The notes beneath the pieces are model-generated. The model saw nothing but the letters and a program-made list of their open reading frames with translations, was not told the DNA's origin and made no database searches. A DNA stretch of 64,000 bases from Octopus sinensis. Taxonomy: Eukaryota. Positions 1 through 13,035 of this stretch are shown here, piece after piece (the first letter of the stretch is position 1; each line of letters opens with the position of its first letter). The position numbers and the translations under genes are program-made. Location: the NCBI RefSeq assembly GCF_006345805.1, contig NC_042997.1, positions 106,020,001 through 106,084,000 of the forward strand. Direction: 5' to 3'.

Positions 1-102
<102 letters not shown>

Positions 103-1494
103 TGCCAGATTTAAAAGAAAAATCTAGACGTAACGTGGGAAACTAAATACAGATTTGAAATAAGCATTCAAAGTACATTCTGAAAAGTCAAATTTTATCA
201 CTGGTGAAAATATTATTATAACACTACAAATATTACTTTCTTTTCCGACTTAGGATAAGGAAATATTTGTATGGGAGATGGAAATATAAATATACCTATT
301 CTTTATATATTTGAATTAAATTAATGCTGTGTATATTATTGATGAACGCCAAATCGACATCAGGTGAGTTGAATTCAGAGCCAGAAATTAAATGCTGTAA
401 AGAAGCTCAATCGTCTCTATCTTTTATATTACACACTGACCTTTACTGTTTCTGTATTTTAACCAAAAGAAATTTCCAAAGGAACGACAAATGAGAAATT
501 GTGACATAAGGAAGAGAAAATGGAATCAATAAGCAATCGAAAGTGAGTCACGAACTCAACTCACCAGAATCTTATTTCCTGCTCTACAACACTTACCTCG
601 ATACGCTAAATATTTGCACAAATGTGCCGTTGTTTCTTGAATAAAGGGTAAATTTCCACAGAGACATTAAAAGAAAAATATTAGAAATGATATTTTAAAC
701 GAAACAAATATTACAGAACCTCTAAAGTTAACGAAAGTAAATGAAAATCGACACTGATTTTCCGTGTTTCGTCTTTTTACATTCTTTCTTCTTTTAACTT
801 TTATATTTATCAAGAACGAATGTTAAAAGGCTCAGCTGTCAATAGTCAAAATGAACTTACAATTTTAATATATCTGCAAATCTATATGTATAAAGTGCAA
901 GGGGTACATAATAAAACTAATCGAAAGACAGAAAAAAATATAACAGAACACATTAAAACAATTCGTTACATTGCTAAACTAGCACACAAGTGTGATTTTC
1001 TTCTTTTGAGAAATAAAATAGGCATGTCGAAGATTCATAAAAAATGTTTAAATATATGATCAGTTATTTCCCAGCGTAACAAGCCAAGATAAAAAGACGT
1101 TATATCGATGGAGGCGAAGCAGACGACACAAATGAGAAAATGAAATACTTTTAGATTGACGTCAAATACGTAAGTAAATAATAAACAAATAAATACAACA
1201 CCACCACTGCCACCAGCGATGTAGAAAATAACAGACAACAATAACAACAGCGACAACGAACACTAAAGCAACAATAACTACAGAAACATAACTGTAACTA
1301 AATCTATACAAATTGTTTTTCAAACACTTTCATAATGATTAAACATGGGAATTGCAAACTAAGAACTGAAAAGCAAACTGAAATCCTTGTAATTAAATTT
1401 GATATCTGTCGAATACTTTACGTGCAAGCAACAATCTTTAACATTAACAGTAAGGCTGCCATTTTTACCTTAGAGGATTCAAGATTGAAGTTAG

Positions 1495-1538
1495 GATGGT
1501 TGTTATTATTGTTATTGATGTTACTGTTGTAGTCGTTG

Positions 1539-1570
<32 letters not shown>

Positions 1571-1612
1571 GGTGGTGGTGGTGGTGGTGGTTGTGTCGTT
1601 GTTGTTGTTTTA
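1495..1612. repeat. (GTT)n/(GGT)n trinucleotide array
   Basis: Direct reading; explains the poly-V/poly-G ORF 1496..1723. Confidence 0.95.
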
Positions 1613-2098
1613 TTATTAATAGGTTCGTTTTCGTTTTTTATTTTTAAACTGAATATTTTGTTTGTAAAAATATATATTTTTAAACAATTTCAGAAATTAT
1701 TTTTCAATATAACCCCCCAGTGAATACTTTCTGAATAATTATTGAATTATTAAACTCCAGAAAATAACATCTAACCAATATTTACAAGCAATAAAAGTGT
1801 TGAAGGTTCTCCTTGTTGTTCATAGTCATCTTAGAGAAAGAGAGGAATGGTTATTAAAAGATAACAAACACTTCGCTCTTACTCCCACCCACAAATCCAT
1901 TTATCTCTCTCCCTCTCTTGGTCCAACATTTTCTTTCTGTCCCTGGCTTAGCATTTATATATTTTTTTATTTACAACCTTTTCTCCAATTGTGCTTTCAA
2001 TTTATATTATCGTTCTTCCATTCAATTTTTCACCCTTGCTATCTTCTGTTGATATTATGTTTCCTTATAGTAATTATTTTTCATATTCACATTCCCGC

Positions 2099-2109
2099 TT
2101 CTCTCTCTT

Positions 2110-2162
<53 letters not shown>

Positions 2163-2168
2163 TTATCC

Positions 2169-2228
<60 letters not shown>

Positions 2229-2233
2229 CTGTA

Positions 2234-2269
<36 letters not shown>

Positions 2270-2335
2270 TGTATGTATGTATGCATGAATGTATGTATGT
2301 ATGTAAGTATGTATGTATGTATGCATGCATGCATG

Positions 2336-2396
<61 letters not shown>
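2099..2396. repeat. Compound microsatellite (TC)n-(TCTA)n-(TATG)n-(TA)n
   Basis: Direct reading. Confidence 0.98.
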
Positions 2397-2398
<2 letters not shown>

Positions 2399-2520
2399 CA
2401 TTTTTCCTCATTTGTGTCTTTCTCTCAGTTCACTCATGCTCTTTCTCAATTTCATCTTCGTCTCTGTCTCATCCGCACATGCATAGAGAGAGGGGGAGAT
2501 GGGAGAGATAGGGGAGAGAG

Positions 2521-2557
<37 letters not shown>

Positions 2558-2736
2558 ATTATTTAAGAAACTATTTTTTGTTGTAGCTTTCAAAAATTTT
2601 AACTTAAATATTTTGCCTTCACTGCTGTAATTTTTCCAATACCTGTGCCTAATTTATTAGTTATGTAGGCGTTTAACACTTTGTAAATGTGTGTATACTA
2701 TCTGTGTGTTGGAGAGAGAGAAAGAGAGAGAGAGAG

Positions 2737-2798
<62 letters not shown>

Positions 2799-2802
2799 CT
2801 AG

Positions 2803-3136
2803 GTGAAGGTGCATGGCTCAGTGGTTAGAGCGTCGACTTTACGATCGTGAGCTTGTGAGTTCGAATCCCAGACCGGGCTGCGTGTTGTGTTCTTGAGCAA
2901 GACACTTTATTTCACGTTGCTCCGGTTCACTCAGCTGTAGAAATGAGTTGCGAGGTCACATGTGCCAAGCCGTATCGGCCCCTTTGCCTTTCCCTTGGAT
3001 AACGTTTGGTGACGTGGAGAGGCCGGTATACATGGGCGACTGTTGGTGTTCCATAAAAACCATTTCCCGGACTTGTGCCTGGGAGGGTGACTTTCTAGGT
3101 GCAATCCCATGGTCAGTCATGACCGAAGGGGTCTCA
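2803..3136 (+). mobile_element. tRNA-derived SINE, family C (near full length)
   Basis: A-box TGGCTCAGTGG, B-box GTTCGAATCC, then TTGAGCAAGACACTT...CAGCTGTAGAAATGAG core; colinear with the copy at 46275-46618. Confidence 0.9.
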
Positions 3137-3223
3137 ACAGCGTATAACTAGATAGATGCACATATAGCCGTATTTATGCACATATACTTATATATAGATA
3201 CTAACGCGTATACATACAATATA

Positions 3224-4090
3224 TATTCATATGATGACCGCCCCCTCGTTATCGAGTATGGCCATTGCACGAAGCTTAACTGTTACTGGTGCTGTGATCG
3301 AGAGTGACTTTTTAGCCCAGCTAAAGATCTACAATGTCTTGTACAGAATTGGCAACTAAAACCTTTACCGGTAATAGCCAGCTGTAGTTGCAACTGGGCT
3401 TCATATACCTTTGCATGTCGTTTAAGTCCTCCTGCCGAATTACACTCTCTTCCACATGTCCGACAGATATAATTCGTATGGTGTCTAACACCACCACCAA
3501 TGGCCATGTTGTCACTCATCTGTCTCGCTTTATGACTACGAAGATGACTCCTGAGTCCAGCTTTACTGAGGTAGGGTCTTGCACAGACACTGCATGTCAG
3601 CATCATAGGAAGACCCTTCCCATCTAGCAGTGTAACAGCGATGCCCTTCCTGACATCCCTCCTTACTTTCTCATGTGCAACTCGAGATTTCTCAAAAGTG
3701 GATGTCCCCTCGTGCACAATCCTTCTCCACCTGCTACGATCAATAGCTATGCCTTTCCATGTGTCAGGAAAGATGCAAGTATATCTTAAGGAAGCCTTCA
3801 GCAAGTCCTTATACCTCTTTTTTAGTTTGTGGAGGTCGTTCTCCTTTAGCTAACTCTCCATAAAAGAGTTGTTTTGGCATCCTTGAATCCTTCACCCTGA
3901 CCAGATGACCACTCCATTTGAACCTTTGCTTTAACACAAGAGCTTCTATACTTTCACACTGAGAGCCTTCCAATATTTCAAGATCACTGATGCGGTCCTT
4001 CCACTTAATGCCATAGATCCGTCTGAGACACATCTGATGGAAATGTTCCAGTTCTTTAACATACATAATGCATATATCATTTAGCTTTCT
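3224..4090 (-). mobile_element. 5'-truncated RTE-clade LINE: post-RT region, three C2H2 zinc fingers and short 3' UTR (frameshifted)
   Basis: ORF 3809..4180 gives LEHFHQMCLRRIYGIKWKDRIS...WSGHLVRVKDSRMPKQLFYGEL (RTE signature). After a frameshift, ORF 3283..3804 gives DRSRWR and fingers CSVC..H..H, CRTC..H..Y, CQFC..H..H. 3' hairpin CTCG-ATAA-CGAG. Confidence 0.92.
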
Positions 4091-4374
4091 GATCCAATGA
4101 TTTGTGTGTCTCGAGTTTAAGGACGGTATGAGATGTCCTTGAGCAAGATACTTCATTTCACGTTGCTTCAGTCTACTCACTGTAATTCAGATGCAGCCTG
4201 TTTCCTTCCCTTCTATATGTCTATGTGTGCGTGTTATGATGTCGTACCATCAGCTGGAGATTTTGATGGTATCAGGGATTTCTTCAAATCCCGTTTTAAT
4301 GCATATGATTCTACTTTTGCGTTTATATCTCTTGTATCTGTACGAAGTAAGGTGTAAAAAAGTACGGTCTAAGT

Positions 4375-5076
4375 CAGTGGTTTTCAACCAGTATCCTGGA
4401 GTTCCATGTAAGAATTTGGGGGGGGGGTCCACCCAAAGAAAATAGTAAAGTGGGGATCCGCAGTGATATTTTTAGAGTCCATTAAAAATTTTTGATTTAA
4501 ATGTGTTTATTGCAAAGAAACAGCTAAATTTCTTTCTCTAGCGTCTTACATAATTCAGCCTACACAAGTTAATGTGTGACTAACAAAATAGGAATTTTAA
4601 AAGAAGTGTCTATATGCCCCTTATGTTATAGAGCAGTTACTGTTTATATCTCGTTTAGAGATTTATTATTGCTTTCGAACGGTTTTTCTACACCAGTAAA
4701 TGTGTTTACTGTGAAAACCCTTAAATATAGCCTGTACGGAGAGTTATTCGTCGGAGAAAGGGGTGCTTACCATGCGTTGATAATAGGCAAATACCTTGAA
4801 ACCTGGTCCGTATGTAGCATCCGCTTCTTCGGGGAATGACCTCCGAGAACACCGAGATGGTGTCAGCCCTCTTGGTGACGTTGTTGATCGCCTGGGGCTA
4901 AATGCATCAGTAACACCCCCACCGCCCTGCCCTGTCCCTAGCCACATTCAGATGGCTAATGCCCCTTATGTTAGGTCTATAAAATTAGTTTTTACACAAT
5001 GAATGACTATGGGAGCCCACCAGAACAGAATTGTAATCAAAGGAATCTGTAGATAAAAAATGGTTGAGAACTTCTG
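4375..5076. mobile_element. hAT/Charlie-type non-autonomous DNA transposon carrying an internal ~330-bp insert
   Basis: Imperfect TIRs CAGTGGTTTTCAACC (4375) / GGTTGAGAACTTCTG (5062-5076); flanking 8-mers GTCTAAGT / GTTTAGGT resemble a degenerate hAT TSD. Confidence 0.65.
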
Positions 5077-5554
5077 GTTTAGGTAGATGCTGAATATTTT
5101 GCAATTTGTGCGTCTGTTTTCTTTGTGCAGAATTTGATGGTTGATTTTCATAAATTAGTTAATGAGGACTCGTTTGCTGTCTTTATGTGTGTGTCATGTG
5201 AAGTCGTTATTGAAACTTGCGACGTGGCGTGACTTGGTTAGAATTACCGATGCTGTTGTATATTTTCTATAGTGTTATATTTCTTGTATTTTCGTTTCTG
5301 TTACGTATAAATGTTGTCTGTTTTGTTTTTCTATGGTTTATTTTATTTGTTATTGTTTTGTTTTGTCTTTTCATGCTGTGTGTTATTTCTGTTGTGTGTG
5401 GTATTGCGTTTGAAGTTGCCACTGGTTTTTATCGGATTGGCTATTGCATTTGTTGAATTCGTCTTGTATTTCTATGATGTATACTGCATGCTGCCTTGCG
5501 CGGTACGTCTTGGGGAAGCGCATATAAATATTTGTTTTATTCATAAATATGAAA

Positions 5555-5947
5555 CTAGCAGTATCGCCCGGCGTTGCTCGGGTTTGTTTCGACCCTTTAG
5601 AATTGGAATTTTTGAAAAGTAAAAATTTTGCATTATGTGGCTTGTTATTCGCTTTAAGTGAACATTTATCTGGTTGAAATACACCGAAAAGTGGCGACAC
5701 AGCAGTCAAAAAATCGTTAAAAAATAGGGATTTTCATAGAAAAAAAGCACCTTTTTGATGTAAATAATTTTTGGTGTTAACATGGTTCGATTTGAATTTT
5801 TTCTTCTACGGAAAGAAGAGCAAGCCTTCTTCTATCATACTCTCAATTTTGATCAACTTGTGCCGCAGGGTCTCGGAGAAGATAGTGTTAGTTGAAGGCT
5901 ACCAAACCTGCCATACACAGACAACTTCAGCTTTCTATATATAGAGA
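5555..5947 (-). mobile_element. Non-autonomous Helitron (~390 bp)
   Basis: Minus strand begins TCTCTATATATA and ends with hairpin CCCGAGCAACGCCGGG plus CTAG; inserted between A and T with no TSD. Confidence 0.88.
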
Positions 5948-6257
5948 TTAACAGCTTACCAAGGGAACAGAAATTACGTAATCAACTTCATCATTTTACA
6001 CTTGTTTCTGCTATAAGAAGCAGTGCAAAGGCTCTGAACAAGCTATAAGGTTATACACAAGTACTCAGCTCTAAGTGCAGTGTTTCATACAGTAGAAACA
6101 GCAGTAAGCTAATAAATCTGATAACATCAGTCATGTTTTTTTTTATCATTCTACGAATTTCATATTACTCTCTGTGCTCGCCTAAAGCATTATTCTGAAA
6201 TATATGACCATTGCGTTTTAACGCTATACCTAAGCCAAATCATGAAATACAGGCAAA

Positions 6258-6765
6258 CACACACACACACACGTATATATACGTATATGCATATGTTTAC
6301 CTATGTATGTATGTATGTATGTATGTATTATATATGTATGTATGTATATATGTATGTATGTATGTATGTATGAATGAATGTGTCTTTGTACGTGTGTATG
6401 CATAATGCATGTACGTGTGTATGTATGTATGCATGCATGTATGTATATATGTATGTATGTATATATGTATATATGTATGTATATATGTATGTATGTATGC
6501 ATGCATGTATGTATATATGGATGTATGTATATATCTAAGTATGTATGTATGTATGCATGTATGTATGTATGTATGAATGCATGTATGTATATATGTATAT
6601 ATGTATGTATATATGTACGTATGTATGTGTGTATGTATGTATGCATGCATGTATGTATGTATGTATGTATGTATGTATGTATGTATGTATGTATGTATGT
6701 ATGTATGTATGTATATGTGTGTGTGTGTGTGTGTGTGTATGAATACCTACATATATGTGTGTGTT
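6258..6765. repeat. Degenerate (TATG)n/(TG)n compound microsatellite
   Basis: Direct reading. Confidence 0.97.
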
Positions 6766-7238
6766 GTGAGTCCTCTGCAAAATTTAATCGTGATGTTATT
6801 AACCCTAGTTTTATATCTTGGCGGAAGTGGTTACACTTGGCTTTCAGGCAGTTTGTGAAAATGTTTTCTTATTTTATAAGATCATTTTATTCATTCAAAA
6901 GTGAGAGTACTGCAATAAAAGGTATGTGCTCAGAGACAGGTCTGGATTGCAGTAGCCAAATGCTTAGAGCCGAATTTGATGCATAGAAAATATTATATTT
7001 TAGCTTTGTGAGGCATTTGGTTATGCTGTTGTGGTTCCTTTAGCATGTAGAAAGGGTTTAGTAGCGATGCTATTGTGTTACCTCGTATGTTATCAGTGTT
7101 GTTGCTGTACCTATCACAATATGCAGAGGTCAGTGAAGTATCTTCCTATGATGGTATTTTGGAGTAGATTGTTGAGATGTTCCAGCTGTATATAACAAAG
7201 GAAAGCGTTTGATGGAGCTGGGCACGATATTTTTCACG

Positions 7239-7612
7239 TTTTACTTGTTTCAGTCATTAGACTACGGTCATGCTGGGTCACTGCCTTGAGAAATTTTCTA
7301 CTCGAATGAATCGACCCCAGTACTTATTTTTTAAAGCCTAGTCTGTTTTTTTCCGAACCACCAAGTTACTGGGACATAAACACACGGTGGTAGTGGGGAG
7401 GGGTGACAAACACAGACTCAAGCGCACGCACACACACATGTATGACGGACTTCTTTCAGTTTCCGTCTTCCAAATCAAATCACAAGGCTCTAGTTGCTCT
7501 GGGGCTATAGTGTCACACAGTGACACTATATAGTGCTCAAAGTGTCACACAGTGGGACTGAACCCAGAGCCATGTGGTTAGGAAGCAAGCTTATTATCAC
7601 AGCCACTATGCG
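7239..7612 (-). mobile_element. SINE family A (tRNA-derived, octopus OR-like) copy
   Basis: Reverse complement of the 63517-63930 copy: GTTTCAGTCATT...GGCTATAG...GGGACTGAACCC...AAGCAAGC. Confidence 0.88.
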
Positions 7613-8544
7613 TATTATATTCATAAATATCATCCATATATTTTTAATGCCTATATCTCTAGTGGGTCACTGAGTGATTACGAGTTCCAGTGTTACTGGT
7701 AGTATATGAGCACTATATCTATGCTTTATGTACAGATAATGATGTCTCACCTGTGGCTTCACCTATCCTCCTTAATGGAAGTATACTTTAGGATTTGAAG
7801 AGTCTTTGATTGCATTTGTTGGTTTCTGTCTTGTAAAATAGCGACGTGAATGTAATGTGGTAGTGATGAAGCTTTTAAGTTGTATAAAGGTGTTTTACGC
7901 CGTTAAGTTACCTTATAACAGTTTAGGATTTTTATTCTTTATTTACGTGATGTACTTTGACTGAGAAAGCACGTGACAAAGTGGCTAGGCAATGTAGGTT
8001 CGTTACTCGGCCCTGAAACAATGATGAGCCATTGAACAAAGCAGTTTACTACCATTTGGTCGAGTCCAATCAGCAGGCAAACAAAAAAATGAGCGTAAAA
8101 TTTGCAAGGGTACTTAATCAATGTTAAGTTAGCGTGGCAGTACCAACAAATTGTTAATACTACCAAAGACCATCAAGCACAAAGAGGGATACGCTCAGCC
8201 ATGGACTAATATATCCAGTCTTTAACCTTTACATCGACTACTATACTCGTTGCTGTGTATTTATATATCAGGTCCTTGTGTTTAAGTTAGGTGTTTAAGT
8301 TGACTGCATGTCAGAAATGAGATAATGGTAGCACTTCCGGATTTCCTTGGTCATACGTCAATGTGGATTAGAATATATTTATGTTTTTGACAAATTAAGT
8401 TGTTGTCTGCTTATGTGTGTAAATATGATGTTGATTGTTCTTACATATCAAAGCAATACTTTGTCGATTCACGCTGAGCTGTAACCTTCATATTGCGTCC
8501 ATATTTTATGTTACTCTAGCAATGATGGCGAACACCTAAACTTT

Positions 8545-8745
8545 TATAGGCACGCGACCTGAATGTTTTGTGGAAGGAGATAATCGATTACATCGACTCC
8601 AGTGCTCAACTTCTACTTATGTTATCGACCCCCAAAAAGATGAAAGACAAAGTCGAACTTGGTAGAATTTGGACTCAGAGCCTAAGGATGGACAAAACGC
8701 CGCTAAGCATTATTTCCGGCGCGCTAAGAGATTCTGGCCGTTACC
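8545..8745 (-). mobile_element. SINE family B (octopus OK-like) copy, diverged
   Basis: ATCGACCCC..AAAGATGAAAGACAAAGTCGA...ACTCAGA...CGCTAAGCAT, the reverse of the 11971 and 55449 copies. Confidence 0.82.
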
Positions 8746-9945
8746 TTAACATCTACGTCTGCATAATATTGTTCAATGCGTCATTTTAAAGCAATAGATT
8801 GTGGTTTGAACGAGACTTAGGTATTATTTCTAGCAGACTTTGATCGCATAGACCCTGCTTCGTGAACAGTAAGGTAAATCAACCATATTTTCGAGTAATT
8901 TAATGATAAATTACTTGATTATCATTTTATCGTATACTTTGTTTTGGCGCCTATTTAAAATGATGTGTGTTGTACCGTCGAGTGATACATATCTTGAGCA
9001 TGGATGCACAACACTGCTGTTGACAGGAGAAACACGTGAACACTTCTGGCACTGGACTTTCATTCTAGCGACTCAGTAAACTACGACTTTCGTGGAATAA
9101 ATTAACAACTTGAAGCAGTGAAATATATCTCAAAATTTAATGAGAATAGAACCTATGAATCATATTATCCCTAACCATTCTTATATGTTTGGTCTCGTTG
9201 ATACGTATCAATATTTAAAATAGCAGTGCACAGGTAACAAATTCAGCAAACAACGAAATTACAAAACGTGAAAGACAAAGAACGTGTGTGATAAATAGAA
9301 ATAGCCGCCAAACATACCACCAGAGTGGAGGGAACATTTATACAATATTCCAGCTCATAAATATTGATATATCCGCTAAATTATATGCTTGTTTAATTTG
9401 TTTTTCAATGATGCACCCTGATACATAGATATGTTTTGCATATACTTGTATATGAATATTATATTTCCACAATATGCATATAAAAAACAAAACATATGAA
9501 AATAGATGCGCCAAAATTAGCATAGATCTAAAATTCAAGTCCCAAGACGTACGATAACGATCAGAGAAAGGAAGTAGAAAGAAAGAAAAGAAATTACTAC
9601 TGTTTGATTAAATTAAAATATTTGTTTCATTCTGTTACCAGGTGAAAGAGTAGCTTCTGCTAATAGGTTTGGTTCTTAATATTTATCAATGATTTCTTAT
9701 CACTCTTATGTACAGACACCCCTAAAAAAACTTTTTAAAACATAAATATTCTTGACAAGTCATACAATGACGAAAACCGGTTGAATAAATATATATTTAT
9801 ATATTTTATCAATTTCTCATTTTATTAAAATTTTCTTTCATTTGAGCATTCTGCATTTTTTAAAAAAAATTTTCCTTACTTATCATTTCTCCACGTGCGG
9901 TCAACACAACCCCACCATTTATTGATCTATATATATATATATATA

Positions 9946-10460
9946 CAAATTGAGATAGGGGTTGTAAATGGGATAACATATATCCAATATACTGCTAGTG
10001 AGGTACCCAACAAAGTTAATACATAAATGTTAAGAATTGCGATACAATTAATTCATTTATTGTATTATATGGGCAAAGGTGAAATGTTTTACCTCAAATT
10101 CATAATATAAAATAAGAAAATGGAGAAATACATCGAAATCAAATATCAATTACCAGATAATACTCAATCACATACTTTATTAAACCACCACATAAGAAAC
10201 TATAAGGTTAAACATAATAATGTAGGGTAAAACAGTGTACATGAAGGAGTGTACATAAAATAGTAATGTTATACAATAAGTAGAATACGTATAATAGAAA
10301 ATAAATATAAGTACACATAAATATAAATATAGACTATATCTTACAGCTGTTTCGGCCATGTAGATAAGCATGTCTCATTTAACTTATATTAACCCTTTAT
10401 GGTAGGTTAATAAGTAGTTATAAATGAGACATTTACAAAAACATTCGGAGATTACAAATT
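9946..10460 (-). mobile_element. Probable Penelope-like element 3' end / pseudo-LTR remnant
   Basis: Abuts (TA)n; minus strand has GGCC-GAAA-CAGCTG-TA (3' half of a PLE-type hammerhead) and a long hairpin at 10370-10432. Confidence 0.5.
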
Positions 10461-10819
10461 AGATTACATACATACTTATATAGGTGTGGGTACATGCCCA
10501 TAATAAAACATATACATATACATATGAGTGCATATACTCATGGAAGATATGCGGACTCGTTAAATAAGTATGCAAGTTAAAAGTATATACGTATGTAGTC
10601 ATATGCATGTCCATGTAAATATGTATATGTATATACACATGCATACCTGTACACGCACGAGCACACAAACATACGCACGCACACGTGCTGGCACCCACAC
10701 ACTAACACACACACGCACATATATATATATTATATATATATGTGTGGGGTGGGGAAGACGCATACACACGCATACATACATACATATATATACATACAGT
10801 CACAATTTTACACGCGTGC

Positions 10820-11015
10820 CACAGTTAGAGGACAATGAAAAAGAGGAAGCAGGCAAAGAAAATCTTGGTTTGATAACATCAAGGTCTGGACAGTCACAAT
10901 ATCTTGACCCTTCTTGTGATAAAGTTTTGCGACGAATGCAAACTGTCAGCGTACCAAGAATGGTACTCGTACGATTGGCTCAGCCAACTCTCGGGAAGAC
11001 AATGATGAGGGAGGA
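10820..11015 (+). mobile_element. RTE-like LINE 3' fragment
   Basis: Translates as RGSRQRKSWFDNIKVWT (RTE C-terminal RGR..K.W.DNI..WT motif); ends in a GATGA tail before (TA)n. Confidence 0.6.
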
Positions 11016-11304
11016 TATATATATATATATATATATATTCTTAAGATCAAAGGTGTTCTAACCCTTAAAATAGCGTTTTTGCTATGTATTTTGTAAGACG
11101 ATGGGATGCTGCTTGTGAGAAATTTGGTTGTTATTTTTAGCAAGTCGAGTTACTGTGCAGGGGTTTTCACGATGTGTGGAGAAACATCGACATCTCGCCC
11201 TGTTGGGATCAGTTTCACCTGTGTAGCAGTCATTGTAAGGATTTGACTGCCTTTGTTTTTATGTAGCTTTTAAATATTGATAAATATTTAGTGCTCTTTT
11301 ACGC

Positions 11305-11680
11305 TTTTACTCTTTTACACGTTTCAGTCATTTGACTGCGGCCATGCTGGAGCACCGCCTTTAGTCTAAAAAATCGATCATAGGACTTATTCTATCGATC
11401 TCTTTTGCCGAACCGTCAAGTTTCCGGGACATAAACACACCAACATCGGTTGCCAAGTGATGGTGAGCGGACAAACACAGACACAAAGACATACGCATAA
11501 ATATATACAGATATATACATACGACGGGTTTCTTTCAGTTTTCATCTACAAAATACACTCACAAGGCTTTGGTCGGCCCGAGGCTATGGTAGAAGACACT
11601 TGCCTAAGGTGCCACGCAGTGGGACTGAACCCGGAACCATGTGGTTTGGAAGCAAGCTTCTTACCACACAGTCACACCTA
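11305..11680 (-). mobile_element. SINE family A, near full length
   Basis: Colinear reverse complement of 63517-63930. Confidence 0.92.
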
Positions 11681-11970
11681 ATGTTGTAATCCTGTTTTTT
11701 TATCTTTCGTTAGGAAGGAACGCAGTGCCCATGATACTTTGCAATTCTTCAGAACATGCTAGAAGAGAGAAACATCTCCACAAACTGGAGACCTGATCCT
11801 TTCTCTTGCAACAGAGTAGACTTCATGGACGTTATACAAGACGCCAGGTTAATGACTTAAACCGAGAGATGGATTAAGTCTGTTCTATAAAAATCTTTTC
11901 TGGTTTTCTCTTCGCTTCTGATGTTGTCTATTACTCATCTCATCTTCCTTCAATATATGTATAAGTAAAA

Positions 11971-12372
11971 GGGTGGCGAGTCGGCAGAATCGTTAGCACG
12001 CCGGGCGATATGCTCAGCAGTATTTCGTCTGCGGCTACTTTCTGAGTTCAAATTCCGCCGAGGTTGACTTTGCCTTTCATACTTTCGCGGTCGATTAAAT
12101 AAGTACCAGTTACGCACTAGGGTCGATATAATCGACTTAATCCGTTTGTCTGTCCTTGATTGTCCTCTCTGTGTTTAGCCCCTTGTGGGTAGTAAAGAAA
12201 TAGGTATTTATGAGTTCAAATTCCGCCGAGGTTGACTGTGCCTTTCATCTTTTCGGGGTCGATTAAATAATTACCAGTTACGCACTGGAGTTGATGTAAT
12301 CAGGTTTATCCCTTCGTCTGTCCTTGTTTGTCCCCTTTCTGTTTAGCCCCTTGTGGGCAATAAAGAAATAAA
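11971..12372 (+). mobile_element. SINE family B with a tandemly duplicated body
   Basis: GGCGAGTCGGCAGAATCGTTAGCAC head, GAGTTCAAATTCC B-box, GCCTTTCAT..TTTCG.GGTCGATTAAATAA.TACCAG central domain present twice. Confidence 0.92.
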
Positions 12373-12545
12373 AATATGTATAAGTAAATCTGATCTGATT
12401 CGCTTGATTTTTGTATTATACAAATTTCGGCATATTTCTTAAATTCCACGGCGCCTTCTATATATTGGCTGAAATTTGTAACAATTTTAGCCGCTTTTTA
12501 GCAATGGGTATTGTTCCTTCTAAACATGTAAAATTGATGCATATA

Positions 12546-13035
<490 letters not shown>

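Noticed and set aside
1797-2566. Long ORFs rich in YIYI/MYVC/HTHT/LSIY, here and throughout the window
   Set aside because: These are translations of stop-free microsatellites, open in several frames on both strands, with no domain content.
2803-2880. tRNA-like sequences (also 31844, 46275 and the SINE-A/B heads)
   Set aside because: They run straight into SINE bodies and are multi-copy and diverged, so they are not tRNA genes.
3283-3804. Host C2H2 zinc-finger gene
   Set aside because: Contiguous with RTE coding sequence and an RTE 3' tail; no TGEKP-type linkers.
5100-5500. Strand-biased T/G-rich stretches (also 6770-7230; A-rich equivalent at 35300-35640) resembling old L1/Tx1 sequence
   Set aside because: Composition alone is suggestive; no protein motif is recoverable.
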